This document shows, piece by piece, positions 19,286-29,398 of a stretch of DNA of 60,194 nt. Each line of letters starts with the position of its first letter. The first letter of the stretch is position 1. The translations under genes were made by a program, and so were the position numbers. Where the stretch lies: positions 1 through 60,194 of the forward strand of contig CAVEYE010000042.1 in NCBI GenBank assembly GCA_963619595.1, given 5' to 3'. Under the pieces are notes generated by a model. It saw nothing but the letters and a program-made list of their open reading frames with translations, did no database searches and was not told where the DNA came from. Origin of the DNA: a bacterium. GTDB taxonomy: Bacteria > Bacteroidota > Bacteroidia > Bacteroidales > UBA932.

Positions 19286-20575
19286 ATGAAAAAGTTCATT
19301 TACATTTTGCTCGCCGCAGCCGCGGCGTTCACCGCCTGCAAGAAGGATGACAGCCCGAAGATCAACGAGGTCACCGTGCAGGTTCTCATCGGCGAAGACC
19401 TTGTGACCGACGCTGTCGATGTCACCGTCACCGACAAGTCCACCTCGACCGTCTACACCGCCACCACTGTCGGCGGCACTGCCACTTTCAACCTCGTGGC
19501 GGGAGTCTACGAGGCCACCTCGACCCTTTACAAGGAGTCCAGCATCTACAACGGCACCAACTCGGCCGTCACCGTGGTTGACGGAGAGGTCAACAGCTTC
19601 ACCCTCAATCTTGTGGCTTCGACCACCAGCCAGGTCATCATCAAGGAACTGTACTTCGGAGGCTGTATGGACAACGCCGGCAGCAAGCACTATCAGACAG
19701 ACCGTTATGTTATCCTCTACAACAACTCCCCGGTGGAGGCTGACGCAAGCAAGTACGCTTTCGGCATGGCCTGCCCTGCCAACGGACACGCCTCGAACGC
19801 CTACCTCAAGGACGGCGTCCTTTCCTATTCAGACTACATCCCGGCCTGGAGCGCCGTATGGTGGTTCCAGTCTGATGTGAAGATCGCTCCGTATTCCCAG
19901 GTCGTTCTCGCCATCAACGGCGCTGTCGACCACACCGCCACCTACTCCAACTCTGTCAACCTGAGCGGAGCCGACTATGCGTTCTACGATCCTGAGGTGT
20001 TCAGCAACACTTCCAACTATCCTGCGCCTTCTGCTTCCCTCCCGTCAAGCAACTACCTGAAAGCGTACTGCTACGGTATGGGCAACGCCTGGGCCATCTC
20101 GAACAACTCTCCGGCCTTCTTCGTTTTCTCTCCGGAGGGAATGACCGCGAAGGACTTCGTCACCAATCCTGACAACGTGGAGTCTCCTACCGGCAACAAG
20201 GCGTTCAACTGCGCCAAGATCCCTGTCTCCTGGGTCAAGGACGCCGTCGAGGTCTTCGACAACGCCAATCTCCAGAAGTCCAACAAGAGGCTTCTTGACA
20301 ATGTGGATGCCGGCTATGTCTGCTCGACCAACAAACTCGGCTACAGCGTCTACAGGAATGTCGACAAGGAGGCCACAGAGGCTCTCGCCGAGAATGCCGG
20401 CAAGCTTGTCTACAACTATGCGGGCGGCACCGCTGATGTGGAGGGCGGTTCGACCGATCCTTCCGGCATCGACGCTGAGGCTTCGATCGCCGCAGGCGCC
20501 CACATCGTCTACAAGGACACGAACAACTCGACCAACGACTTCCACCTCAGGAAGGTCGCTTCGGTCAAGAAATAA
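19286..20575 (+). CDS. DUF4876-like surface lipoprotein
   Basis: Lipobox FTA-C followed by KKDD, IIKELYFGG, DRYVILYNNS, DAVE, terminal DTNNSTNDF. Confidence 0.8.
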   Translation: MKKFIYILLAAAAAFTACKKDDSPKINEVTVQVLIGEDLVTDAVDVTVTDKSTSTVYTATTVGGTATFNLVAGVYEATSTLYKESSIYNGTNSAVTVVDGEVNSFTLNLVASTTSQVIIKELYFGGCMDNAGSKHYQTDRYVILYNNSPVEADASKYAFGMACPANGHASNAYLKDGVLSYSDYIPAWSAVWWFQSDVKIAPYSQVVLAINGAVDHTATYSNSVNLSGADYAFYDPEVFSNTSNYPAPSASLPSSNYLKAYCYGMGNAWAISNNSPAFFVFSPEGMTAKDFVTNPDNVESPTGNKAFNCAKIPVSWVKDAVEVFDNANLQKSNKRLLDNVDAGYVCSTNKLGYSVYRNVDKEATEALAENAGKLVYNYAGGTADVEGGSTDPSGIDAEASIAAGAHIVYKDTNNSTNDFHLRKVASVKK

Positions 20576-20582
20576 TAACGAA

Positions 20583-20609
20583 CCGGATTCCGCTCCCTGC
20601 GGAGTCCGG
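20583..20609 (+). other. Intergenic stem-loop without U-tract (possible mRNA stabiliser)
   Basis: CCGGATTCCGC-TCCCT-GCGGAGTCCGG, 11 bp stem with one G-U pair. Confidence 0.6.
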
Positions 20610-20623
20610 CAACCAAGCCGCCT

Positions 20624-22249
20624 ATGGGTTCAAGAATCCTTTTGTCAGCAGGACTGTTCATCCTCTCCGCTCTTCCGGTCTGGTCCCAGACCGAGGAGTG
20701 GAAGGATGGATATTCCCGTCTTTCCGGCCTGACCCCTTGGGTGAAGTCTTCAAATCCGGCGGGGCTGTCGGCCTTGCCTGTGGACAAAGTCTCGACCGTC
20801 AGGGTGGGGATTGAGAAGACCGACGGAGGACTGATGGACCTGCACGAAAGCCCGGACTGTTTCAGACCGAGCCTCGAGGCGGCCTCGTTGATGAGGATTT
20901 CCGACCGGATCGTTTTCTACGGCCGGATGGACTATTCCTACTTCAAAGGCAGGAAGATGGGCGGCCAGATTCTGATGGACCCCTACTACAACCCTGTCAA
21001 TTTCCTTGAAAGCGTCGACACGACGACCGGGACCAAGACCTTGGAGGAATATACCCTCGAAGGCGCGATGGCATATTCACTGACAGACAGGCTCTCCCTC
21101 GCCGGGAAAGTCAGCTACCAGAGCGCGGACTACGCCAAGCGCAAGGACCCCCGCGCGTTCAACCAGTGGATGGACCTGGACGCGTCGCTCGGAGTCAGGT
21201 ACTCCCTGGCTGGCGGCAAAGGGGCTTTCGGGGCGAGCCTTGACTACACCAAGACGATCGAGACTGTCATCGAGGAACTTTTCGGCACCGTCGACAGGCA
21301 GTATTACTGCCTTGTGGACTACGGCGGGAGTTTCGGCAAGATCGAGGTCATCGATGGGGACAACGGCTACGTCTCGACCGGCAACGAGCGGCCGATGTTC
21401 AACCAGTTCATTGGGGGAAGCGCCCAGGCGGAGTTCCGGACCGGGGCGGTGGAAGCTTTCGTGGATTTCGGAGCGGCCTACCGCAAAGGCTATTTCGGCA
21501 AGAAGGCCAGCGGCTCGGTCAGGTTCTGCGATTTCGACGGGATGAGGTACAACCTTGACGCGAGGCTTCAGTTCAGGACCGGCGGATTCCTCAACCGGAT
21601 CGACGGGAGCTGGAACGCTCTGACCTCGGTCAACAAGGAGAATTCCTACAGGATCTCCACCACGCAGGGACAGAGTTCGGAGGTGCAGTATTTCGGAAGC
21701 CAGGAAGTCGGCGACAAGACCGTCGGCACGGTCGAGGCAAGGTACACTCTTGAACGGCTGGCTGAAGGCGCTCCGGACATATTCAATCCATCTCCGTGGG
21801 CTGTCTCGGTAGGTTACGGGCGGTTCGGACTGGACCAGACGGCCACATCCTACCCTTTCTACAGAAAGCAGCGGCTTGTCCAGAACACGGTGGACGCCGT
21901 GGCTGCCAGGAACTTACGGTTGCGGAGCGGCTACCTGTCATTCACCTTCGGGGCGCGGTGTTCGTTCGCTGGAGACGACCTCAAGAACGAGGACGGGCAG
22001 TATTCCTCCGCCTCCGGCAAGCCTCGCACGAACGACACCTATCTTGGCAGGAATTATGAATATTTCCACGCCGCCTCCGCCGGTGGTTCGGCCTCTGTCC
22101 GCTTCACTCTTCTGAAGACGGTCAACGGTCGCCGCTATTCAATTTTCGCCGACATCAGCGACCGTTACCGCCGCCTGGTGTCGGAGCCGGTCTATCTCAC
22201 CGGAAACTACAGAAACACAATCATATTCACCATAGGATGCAATTTTTAA
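20624..22249 (+). CDS. DUF6850-like outer-membrane beta-barrel protein
   Basis: Signal peptide, SNPAGL, E.Y.L.G, KRKDPR, amphipathic strands, C-terminal FTIGCNF; position after the DUF4876-like gene. Confidence 0.72.
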   Translation: MGSRILLSAGLFILSALPVWSQTEEWKDGYSRLSGLTPWVKSSNPAGLSALPVDKVSTVRVGIEKTDGGLMDLHESPDCFRPSLEAASLMRISDRIVFYGRMDYSYFKGRKMGGQILMDPYYNPVNFLESVDTTTGTKTLEEYTLEGAMAYSLTDRLSLAGKVSYQSADYAKRKDPRAFNQWMDLDASLGVRYSLAGGKGAFGASLDYTKTIETVIEELFGTVDRQYYCLVDYGGSFGKIEVIDGDNGYVSTGNERPMFNQFIGGSAQAEFRTGAVEAFVDFGAAYRKGYFGKKASGSVRFCDFDGMRYNLDARLQFRTGGFLNRIDGSWNALTSVNKENSYRISTTQGQSSEVQYFGSQEVGDKTVGTVEARYTLERLAEGAPDIFNPSPWAVSVGYGRFGLDQTATSYPFYRKQRLVQNTVDAVAARNLRLRSGYLSFTFGARCSFAGDDLKNEDGQYSSASGKPRTNDTYLGRNYEYFHAASAGGSASVRFTLLKTVNGRRYSIFADISDRYRRLVSEPVYLTGNYRNTIIFTIGCNF

Positions 22250-25062
22250 GATCTCTTTTCGCCGCCGCGGCCGTCCTGACTCTCGGCGCTTACGGGCTGT
22301 CTGCCCAGACTCTGCCTGTCGACGGGCAGATAAGGACAGGAAAACTTGACAACGGTCTGACCTACTATGTCAGGCACAACGCCAATCCGGCCGGAGCGGC
22401 TGATTTCTACATAGTCCACAATGTCGGAGCGCTTCAGGAGGAGGACAACCAGAACGGTCTAGCCCACTTTCTTGAGCATATGGCCTTCAACGGTCTGAAA
22501 CACTATCCGGGCAAAGAGATGCTTGAATTCCTGGGCAGGAACGGAGTCCGTTTCGGCACGAATGTCAACGCCTTCACAACCAGAAGCGAGACCTGCTACC
22601 ACATAGACGCCGCGCCCGTGGCGAGGGAGTCGTTCGTGGATTCCCTGCTGCTGATCCTGCACGACTGGTCAGGCGACATCCTCTGCGAGCAGGATGAGCT
22701 GGACAGGGAAAGAGGTGTGATCCGCGAGGAATGGAGGAGGGGCTTCGATTCCCGCCGTACGATCTTCACGGCCCAGACAAACCTGGTGTACCAGGGTTCC
22801 AAACAGACAAAGAGGACTGTCCTGGGATCCCTCGACGTGATCGACAACTTCAAGAGAGAGGAGATTCTTGATTTCTACCACAAATGGTACCGTCCTGACC
22901 TTCAGGCGATAATCGTGGTCGGAGACATCGACGCGGCCGCTATGGAAAGCAAGATCCGCAGCCGGTTCTCGGACATCCCGGCGGCCGTGGACCCGACTCC
23001 GAAGGAGGTCTATCTCGCCCCGGAGTCAGGCGGACCTGTTTTCGAGAACCTCATCGACTCCACCCTCGGTTTCACGGCCCTGAAGGTCTTCTACAGGCTG
23101 CCTTATCCGGCAAGGGAGACCCGCTGCACCGAAGAGTTCTACAAGGACCTCTTCATCCGCAACATCCTGGCGAACGTGATGTCGGCGAGGATGAAGGAGC
23201 AGATCCGCACCGGCGAGGCTTCCGCCAAATCAGCCGTGCTGGTGAACTACTCCGAGGCCAACGACTACTACGTGGACCTCTACACGATTCTCGGCAAAAA
23301 GGACGGCGACCTGCTCGACCTTGTGGACTTCTACGCCACGAACGAGAAGGCGATGATTGAATATGGAGTCTCGGAGGATGAGATCGACGCCGCCCGGACA
23401 CAGGTCATGAAACGCTATCACCTTGACAAGCCAGTGAAAGAGGAGGCTGTCCGCAATGAGGAATATGTGGCCGTCTGCCACAACAATTTCGTCAGCGGCA
23501 GCGCTCTCGCTTCTCCTGCCGTAGCCTATGAGGTCCAGAACAGGATTCTCAAGAGCATAACCCTCGATGATGTGAAGCCTTACATCTCAAAGATGTTCTC
23601 GGAGAGCGACAAGATCTACTCCTGGTTCGCCAATTCCAAGGATTCCGCCAAGGTGCCTACGGTCGAGGCGACCAAGGCCCGTCTTGAAGAGGCCCGCGCC
23701 AGGGAGGTCGGCCCGAAGTTCCTCACCTACGGCAAGACGGATCTGTCCGTCAACCTGCCTGAGGGAAAGATAGTCAAGGAGAAAGCCTTGAAAGGGACAC
23801 AGACCAAGGTCTGGACCCTGGACAACGGAGCGACGGTCTACTGGACATCCGTCCAGGATGCTGAAGCCAGTCCTGACCTTTCACTGCTGTTCTATTTCAA
23901 CACCGGCTACAACGCCCTTCCGCAGGACAGGTTCGCTTCCGCTCTATTCGCAGAGGAGTTCATCAAGGCGAACGCAGGATTCCGCGGGACAAGTTCCACG
24001 GAGATCGACAAGATTCCGGGCTGCGGTGAGGTCTCCCGCAACCTGAAACTCGGCGAAAGGTTCGCTGGCATATTCCTTACCGCTCCCGCTGCCGCCTCGG
24101 AGAATGCGTTCCGCATCGCCGCTCTCACCGTCACCGACCCGTACCTGCCTCAGGGCAAGGAACTTCAGCAGATGAAGGACAAGAGGCTTGAATCACTCGG
24201 AGAGCCGAAGAAAGATGCCGAGCGCTTCGCGGAGGCCTGTGACTCGGTCATCTATGGTGGCCATCCGTGGTCGGTGGATGTCGATTCCGCCGCCGTGGAA
24301 GGCGTGGACAACGGCCTTGTTAAAGAAATCTACAGCCGGGAATTCGACCCTGCGGCCGGAATGTCTGTCTTCATCGCGTCCAATCTTGACGAAGAGCAGG
24401 TCAAGGAATATGTCACCAGATACATCGCTTCGATTCCTGCCGGCGGCAAGGCCTTCAGACAGGCCGGAATCAAGGAGCGTGTCCCGGCCTTCAAGGGTAC
24501 GCAGGAATATTCAATGACAGGAAAGAAGGAGATCAATCCTTACACGCTGGTGACCAGGATGTTCTCTTCCAAGGTGAAGCCTACGCCGGAGAACCTCGCC
24601 GCCGTGGATTTCGTGGACTACATCTTGTCGCAGAGGCTTCTGAACCAGATCCGGGAGAACCGCGGAGGCACTTACACCATCAGGTTCACCTCCTATGTGA
24701 GCGTCAGGGAGAAGGGCAGGAGCGAGTCGGAGATCTCGTTCAAGACAAGGCCTGACCTCTATGAGGTTCTTGTCGGAGACATGGATGCCATCGTGTCAGA
24801 GTTCTGCGCCGCCGGCCCTACCGTGAAGGAACTCGAGGAAGCCCGCAAGTGGCTGATAAAGAACGAGCGGGAGTCGAAGGTCAAGAAGGGGATGTCGATG
24901 CCTCACAGAAATTCCGTAGTGATGAACTATGTGAGGAACGGCATAGATCCCGGCATCGACCGTGTCGCCGCCTACGAAGCCGTCAGCGCCGAGGATGTCC
25001 GCAAGGTGGCAGACAGACTGACCGGCAGGAATGTCCTGACCACGATTTACACAGAGGAGTAA
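22237..25062 (+). CDS. M16 (insulinase/PqqL-like) zinc protease, exported
   Basis: Signal peptide, GKLDNGLTYY, GLAHFLEHMAFNG (HxxEH), ERGVIREE, IRENRGGTY. Confidence 0.92.
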   Translation: MQFLRSLFAAAAVLTLGAYGLSAQTLPVDGQIRTGKLDNGLTYYVRHNANPAGAADFYIVHNVGALQEEDNQNGLAHFLEHMAFNGLKHYPGKEMLEFLGRNGVRFGTNVNAFTTRSETCYHIDAAPVARESFVDSLLLILHDWSGDILCEQDELDRERGVIREEWRRGFDSRRTIFTAQTNLVYQGSKQTKRTVLGSLDVIDNFKREEILDFYHKWYRPDLQAIIVVGDIDAAAMESKIRSRFSDIPAAVDPTPKEVYLAPESGGPVFENLIDSTLGFTALKVFYRLPYPARETRCTEEFYKDLFIRNILANVMSARMKEQIRTGEASAKSAVLVNYSEANDYYVDLYTILGKKDGDLLDLVDFYATNEKAMIEYGVSEDEIDAARTQVMKRYHLDKPVKEEAVRNEEYVAVCHNNFVSGSALASPAVAYEVQNRILKSITLDDVKPYISKMFSESDKIYSWFANSKDSAKVPTVEATKARLEEARAREVGPKFLTYGKTDLSVNLPEGKIVKEKALKGTQTKVWTLDNGATVYWTSVQDAEASPDLSLLFYFNTGYNALPQDRFASALFAEEFIKANAGFRGTSSTEIDKIPGCGEVSRNLKLGERFAGIFLTAPAAASENAFRIAALTVTDPYLPQGKELQQMKDKRLESLGEPKKDAERFAEACDSVIYGGHPWSVDVDSAAVEGVDNGLVKEIYSREFDPAAGMSVFIASNLDEEQVKEYVTRYIASIPAGGKAFRQAGIKERVPAFKGTQEYSMTGKKEINPYTLVTRMFSSKVKPTPENLAAVDFVDYILSQRLLNQIRENRGGTYTIRFTSYVSVREKGRSESEISFKTRPDLYEVLVGDMDAIVSEFCAAGPTVKELEEARKWLIKNERESKVKKGMSMPHRNSVVMNYVRNGIDPGIDRVAAYEAVSAEDVRKVADRLTGRNVLTTIYTEE

Positions 25063-27156
25063 ATGAAAATCTTTAGAGTGATAGCCACGGCCGTGGCGTT
25101 GACGCTGACCCTCGCCGCTTCCGCCGACGAGGGGATGTGGATGATCCAGGACATCAACGAGGCCCTGGCGAAGAACATGAAGGCACGCGGGCTGCGGCTT
25201 TCACCGGGCGAGATCTACAACGACGAGGCTCCCGGTACGGGTGTCGCCGACGCCGTGGTCTCGATCGGGTTCTACTGCACGGGAAGCGTAATTTCGGACA
25301 AAGGACTCATCATCACCAACCATCACTGCGCCTACTCGAACATCGCGAAGCTCAGCACCCCGGAACACAACTATCTGGAGAACGGCTACTGGGCGATGAG
25401 CGATGACCGGGAGATTCCTCTCCCAGGCGAGAAGGTCTATTTCCTCAAGCGGGTCTTCGATGTGACAGGCGAGGTCAAAGGCCTTGTCAAAGAACTTAGG
25501 GCTTCAGGCAAGCCGTTCGGCTTCAGGAAGATAAGTTCGTCTGTCGAGTCGAGATACTCCAAGGCCACAGGCCTGGATTGCTCCTTGAGCGAGATGTGGG
25601 GAGGGGAGAAGTTCTACATCTCCGCCTACAAGGTCTACACGGATGTCCGTCTGGTCGCGGCCCCTCCGCTCAGCGTCGGGTATTTCGGCGGCAGCGACGA
25701 CAACTGGACCTGGCCGAGGCACAACTGCGATTTCGCGATGTACAGGATCTACGAGGACGGCAGGCCGGTGACCCGGGAGAAAAGCCTCAAGGTCTCTCTC
25801 GCCGGCTACAGCCCCGGTTCGTTCGCGATGGTGATCGGCTATCCGGGAAGGACCGGCAGGTACACCTCGCCGTCTTCCGAGATCGCCTACCAGGAGGAAG
25901 TCGAACTTCCTGTGACGAACGCCATCAGGAACGGCAGGATGGAGATTCTCGGCCGCTGGATGGATTCCGACCCGCAGGTCAGGCTGAAATATTCAGAGAG
26001 GTACTTCGCTCTCTGCAACACTGTGGGGAGCGACCTCGGAAAGGCCGGGTGCTTCAATCGCTTCAACGTCAGGGCCGAGAAGACCGCACAGGAACGTGAC
26101 CTCCGCCGCTGGATCTCCGCCGCCCCTAACCGGGGCGCGATCTGGGGAGACCTGCTCGAGGAACTTGAGGACACATATTCACAGACCACCGCCATCGAAA
26201 GGGACAAGATCGTGTTCCGTGAGACGATGGTGCGGGGAGGGTTCATCGTCCCTTACCTGCTCCGTGCCGGCAACATGAAGGATCTCCAGAAGGCGAAGGC
26301 GACCCTTCGCGAAGGAGTGGCCGCCACGGACGCGAGAGTGGAGAAAAGCCTTCTTGAATATGCCTGCAGAGTCTATTTCAGCAACCTTGAGCTGAGCTGG
26401 TTCGGCAGGTATCAGACCAAGATGGCCGACAGGTTCGGCGATGACTACGAGGCGATGGCCGACTATCTCTGGGACAGGAGCGTGGTCTCTTCGACTTTCA
26501 AGATCGATGACATCGAGTCGGTCGAGCAGATCAAGAACGACCCTCTGAGGAGATTCCTGACCGATGTCCAGATCACAGCCTTCAACAACAAGGACGGACA
26601 GTCTGAGAAACTTCTGGAACTGAGCAAGTTGAAGAAGGAGTACGGGAAGGCCCTCTACTGGATGAAACTGCACAAGGATGTCGAGCAGTACCCTGACGCC
26701 AATTCTACGATGAGGATCACCTACGGCACCGTCGGAGGCCTGCTGCCGTGCGACGGGGTCGTCTACGACTGGTACACCACTCCGCAGGGCATCCTCCAGA
26801 AATACGATCCGGACAACTACAACTTCCACGTGGACAACAAGATGCTGGCTCTTCTGAAGAAAGGGCGCTGGGGGCGCTGGGGCTTCAGGCTTGACGGCAG
26901 ACCTGGTTCGATGGTCGTCGATTTTCTGACAGACAACGACATCACGGGCGGCAATTCCGGAAGTCCTGTCCTCGACGCTGACGGCAATCTCATCGGCCTT
27001 GCCTTTGACGGCAACCAGGAGTCTCTCGCCAGCGACGCTTCCTACACCCAGGGCTACAACAAATGCATCAACACCGACATCCGCTATGTGATGTGGGTTC
27101 TTGACAAGTACGCCGGGATGAAGCACATCCTCCGCGAGATCGAGTTCGTGAAATAA
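25063..27156 (+). CDS. S46 family dipeptidyl-peptidase (DPP7-like)
   Basis: ADEGMW, TNHHC, NWTWPRH..DF, YPDANST.R, DITGGNSGS, AFDGN. Confidence 0.93.
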   Translation: MKIFRVIATAVALTLTLAASADEGMWMIQDINEALAKNMKARGLRLSPGEIYNDEAPGTGVADAVVSIGFYCTGSVISDKGLIITNHHCAYSNIAKLSTPEHNYLENGYWAMSDDREIPLPGEKVYFLKRVFDVTGEVKGLVKELRASGKPFGFRKISSSVESRYSKATGLDCSLSEMWGGEKFYISAYKVYTDVRLVAAPPLSVGYFGGSDDNWTWPRHNCDFAMYRIYEDGRPVTREKSLKVSLAGYSPGSFAMVIGYPGRTGRYTSPSSEIAYQEEVELPVTNAIRNGRMEILGRWMDSDPQVRLKYSERYFALCNTVGSDLGKAGCFNRFNVRAEKTAQERDLRRWISAAPNRGAIWGDLLEELEDTYSQTTAIERDKIVFRETMVRGGFIVPYLLRAGNMKDLQKAKATLREGVAATDARVEKSLLEYACRVYFSNLELSWFGRYQTKMADRFGDDYEAMADYLWDRSVVSSTFKIDDIESVEQIKNDPLRRFLTDVQITAFNNKDGQSEKLLELSKLKKEYGKALYWMKLHKDVEQYPDANSTMRITYGTVGGLLPCDGVVYDWYTTPQGILQKYDPDNYNFHVDNKMLALLKKGRWGRWGFRLDGRPGSMVVDFLTDNDITGGNSGSPVLDADGNLIGLAFDGNQESLASDASYTQGYNKCINTDIRYVMWVLDKYAGMKHILREIEFVK

Positions 27157-27205
27157 AAAAAACGGACATTTCTGCCCGCTTTTTTTATATCTTATCCTGA
27201 TAGTT

Positions 27206-29398
27206 CTAAACGTTCCTGAGGACGATCTGTCCGCCGGCCGCGTCGACCTCGATGGTGGAGTCCTTGTGGACCGTACCCGCCAGGATGGCCTTGGCCAGCT
27301 GGTTGACCAGTTCCCTCTGCATCAGCCTCTTGACAGGACGCGCGCCATAGGCCGGGTCGTAACCTCCCGTGACCATATAGTCCTCGAAGGCCTTCGTGAA
27401 CCTGACGGTGACGCCTTCCTCCAACAGCTTGTCCTGGAGCTGCTTCATCTGGATGTGCAGGATGTCCCGGATGTCGTTCTGGGTCAGAGGGTCGAACATT
27501 ATGATCTCATCGATCCTGTTCAGGAACTCAGGCCTTACCGTAGCCTTCAGCACATCCATGACCTTGCCATTGCATTCCTCGAGAAGGTTACGCCTGGTAG
27601 CCACGGCTTTCATCTCGTCGGCCGGGTCCGCACCCGGACGGCCCACGGCAGGAAGTCTGTCCATATAGCCCTGGATGATGTCCGAACCGACATTCGAGGT
27701 CATGATCAGGATTGTGTTCTTGAAGTCCACCGTACGGCCCTTGTTGTCGGTCAGACGGCCGTCGTCAAGCACCTGCAGCAGTACGTTGAACACATCCGGA
27801 TGTGCCTTTTCGATCTCGTCCAGCAGGATGACCGAGTAAGGCTTTCTCCTCACGGCCTCGGTCAGCTGGCCTCCCTCGTCGTAGCCGACGTATCCCGGAG
27901 GCGCTCCGACCAGACGGCTCACGGTGTGACGCTCCTGGTACTCGCTCATATCGATTCTCGTGATCATGTTCTCGTCGTTGAACAGGAACTCGGCCAGCGC
28001 CTTCGCCAGTTCGGTCTTGCCCACACCGGTCGTACCCATGAACAGGAACGAACCGATAGGCCTCTTCTCGTTGGAAAGTCCGGCCCTGCTGCGGCGCACC
28101 GCGTCGGCCACGGCCTGTATCGCCTGGTCCTGTCCGACAACCCTCCTGTGCAGCTCGCTTTCGATGCGCAGGAGTTTCTCCTTCTCGCTCTCAAGCATCT
28201 TCTGCACAGGGATGCCGGTCCACTTTGCCACGACCTCGGCGATGTCCTGCGGGGTGACGGCCTCGGTGACGATAGGGTTTTCTATGGCCGCCTGCCTGGC
28301 GCTCAGCTCATCGATCTTCCTCTGTGCCTCGGCTATCTTGCCGTAGCGCAGTTCGGCCACCTTGCCGTAGTCGCCGGCCCTCTCGGCCGCCTGCGACTCG
28401 ATCTTGTAGTCCTCGATCTTCTGTCGTGCTTCCTGCAGACCGGAAAGGATGTCCTTTTCGTCGTTCCATCTCTTCATCAGGGCGTCGCGTTCGGCCATCT
28501 TGTCGGAAAGTTCCTTCTGGATCTTCTCCGATTTCAAGGATGTCCCCTCGCGCTTGACAGCCTCTTTCTCGATTTCCAGCTGACGGATGCCGCTGTTGAG
28601 TTCGGCGATAGGCTCAGGCACCGAATTCATCTCCAGACGCAGTTTGGAGGCCGCCTCGTCCACAAGGTCGATGGCCTTGTCCGGCAGGAAACGGTTGGTG
28701 ATGTACCTGTGGGACAGGTTGACGGCGGCGATCAGGGCATCGTCCTCGATCTTCACCCTGTGGTGGTTCTCGTACTTCTCCTTCAGACCTCTCAGGATGG
28801 CGATCGACTCCGCCGGCGAAGGCTCGTCGACCATGACCATCTGGAAACGCCTCTCCAGCGCCTTGTCGGTCTCGAAGTACTTCTGGTACTCGTCGAGGGT
28901 GGTCGAACCGATGGTCCTCAGTTCACCCCTGGCAAGCGCAGGTTTAAGAATATTCGAGGCGTCCATCGCTCCCGAAGACCTTCCCGCTCCGACAAGGGTG
29001 TGGATCTCATCGATGAACAGGATGATCTCTCCGGCGCTGTCCACGACTTCCTTCACGACACCTTTCAGACGTTCCTCGAATTCGCCCTGGTACTTCGCTC
29101 CCGCGATCAGCGCGCCCATATCCAATGAATATACTTTCTTGCTTTTAAGGTTCTCCGGCACGTCGCCGTCGACGATCTTCTGGGCGATTCCCTCGGAAAT
29201 CGCCGTCTTGCCGACACCCGGCTCACCTACAAGAATAGGATTGTTCTTTGTCCTTCTGCTCAGAATCTGCAGGACTCTTCGTATCTCTTCGTCCCTGCCG
29301 ATGACAGGGTCGAGCTTGCCCTTGGAGGCCTGCTCGTTGAGGTTCACCGCGAATTTAGGCAGAAACTGCAATGAATTGTTCTTTGTGCTGTTTTCCAT
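27206..29398 (-). CDS. clpB: ClpB disaggregase lacking the N-terminal domain
   Basis: LDPVIGRDEE, two Walker A motifs (GEPGVGKT, GTTGVGKT), M-domain AELRYG, GAPPGYVGY, YGARP. Confidence 0.92.
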   Translation of the reverse strand: MENSTKNNSLQFLPKFAVNLNEQASKGKLDPVIGRDEEIRRVLQILSRRTKNNPILVGEPGVGKTAISEGIAQKIVDGDVPENLKSKKVYSLDMGALIAGAKYQGEFEERLKGVVKEVVDSAGEIILFIDEIHTLVGAGRSSGAMDASNILKPALARGELRTIGSTTLDEYQKYFETDKALERRFQMVMVDEPSPAESIAILRGLKEKYENHHRVKIEDDALIAAVNLSHRYITNRFLPDKAIDLVDEAASKLRLEMNSVPEPIAELNSGIRQLEIEKEAVKREGTSLKSEKIQKELSDKMAERDALMKRWNDEKDILSGLQEARQKIEDYKIESQAAERAGDYGKVAELRYGKIAEAQRKIDELSARQAAIENPIVTEAVTPQDIAEVVAKWTGIPVQKMLESEKEKLLRIESELHRRVVGQDQAIQAVADAVRRSRAGLSNEKRPIGSFLFMGTTGVGKTELAKALAEFLFNDENMITRIDMSEYQERHTVSRLVGAPPGYVGYDEGGQLTEAVRRKPYSVILLDEIEKAHPDVFNVLLQVLDDGRLTDNKGRTVDFKNTILIMTSNVGSDIIQGYMDRLPAVGRPGADPADEMKAVATRRNLLEECNGKVMDVLKATVRPEFLNRIDEIIMFDPLTQNDIRDILHIQMKQLQDKLLEEGVTVRFTKAFEDYMVTGGYDPAYGARPVKRLMQRELVNQLAKAILAGTVHKDSTIEVDAAGGQIVLRNV

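Noticed and set aside
27266..29128. 620-aa ORF antisense to clpB (also 723-1871, 14479-15567, 41728-43272, 56200-57405)
   Set aside because: Shadow ORFs opposite well-supported genes; expected from high GC3 codon bias; no recognisable motifs
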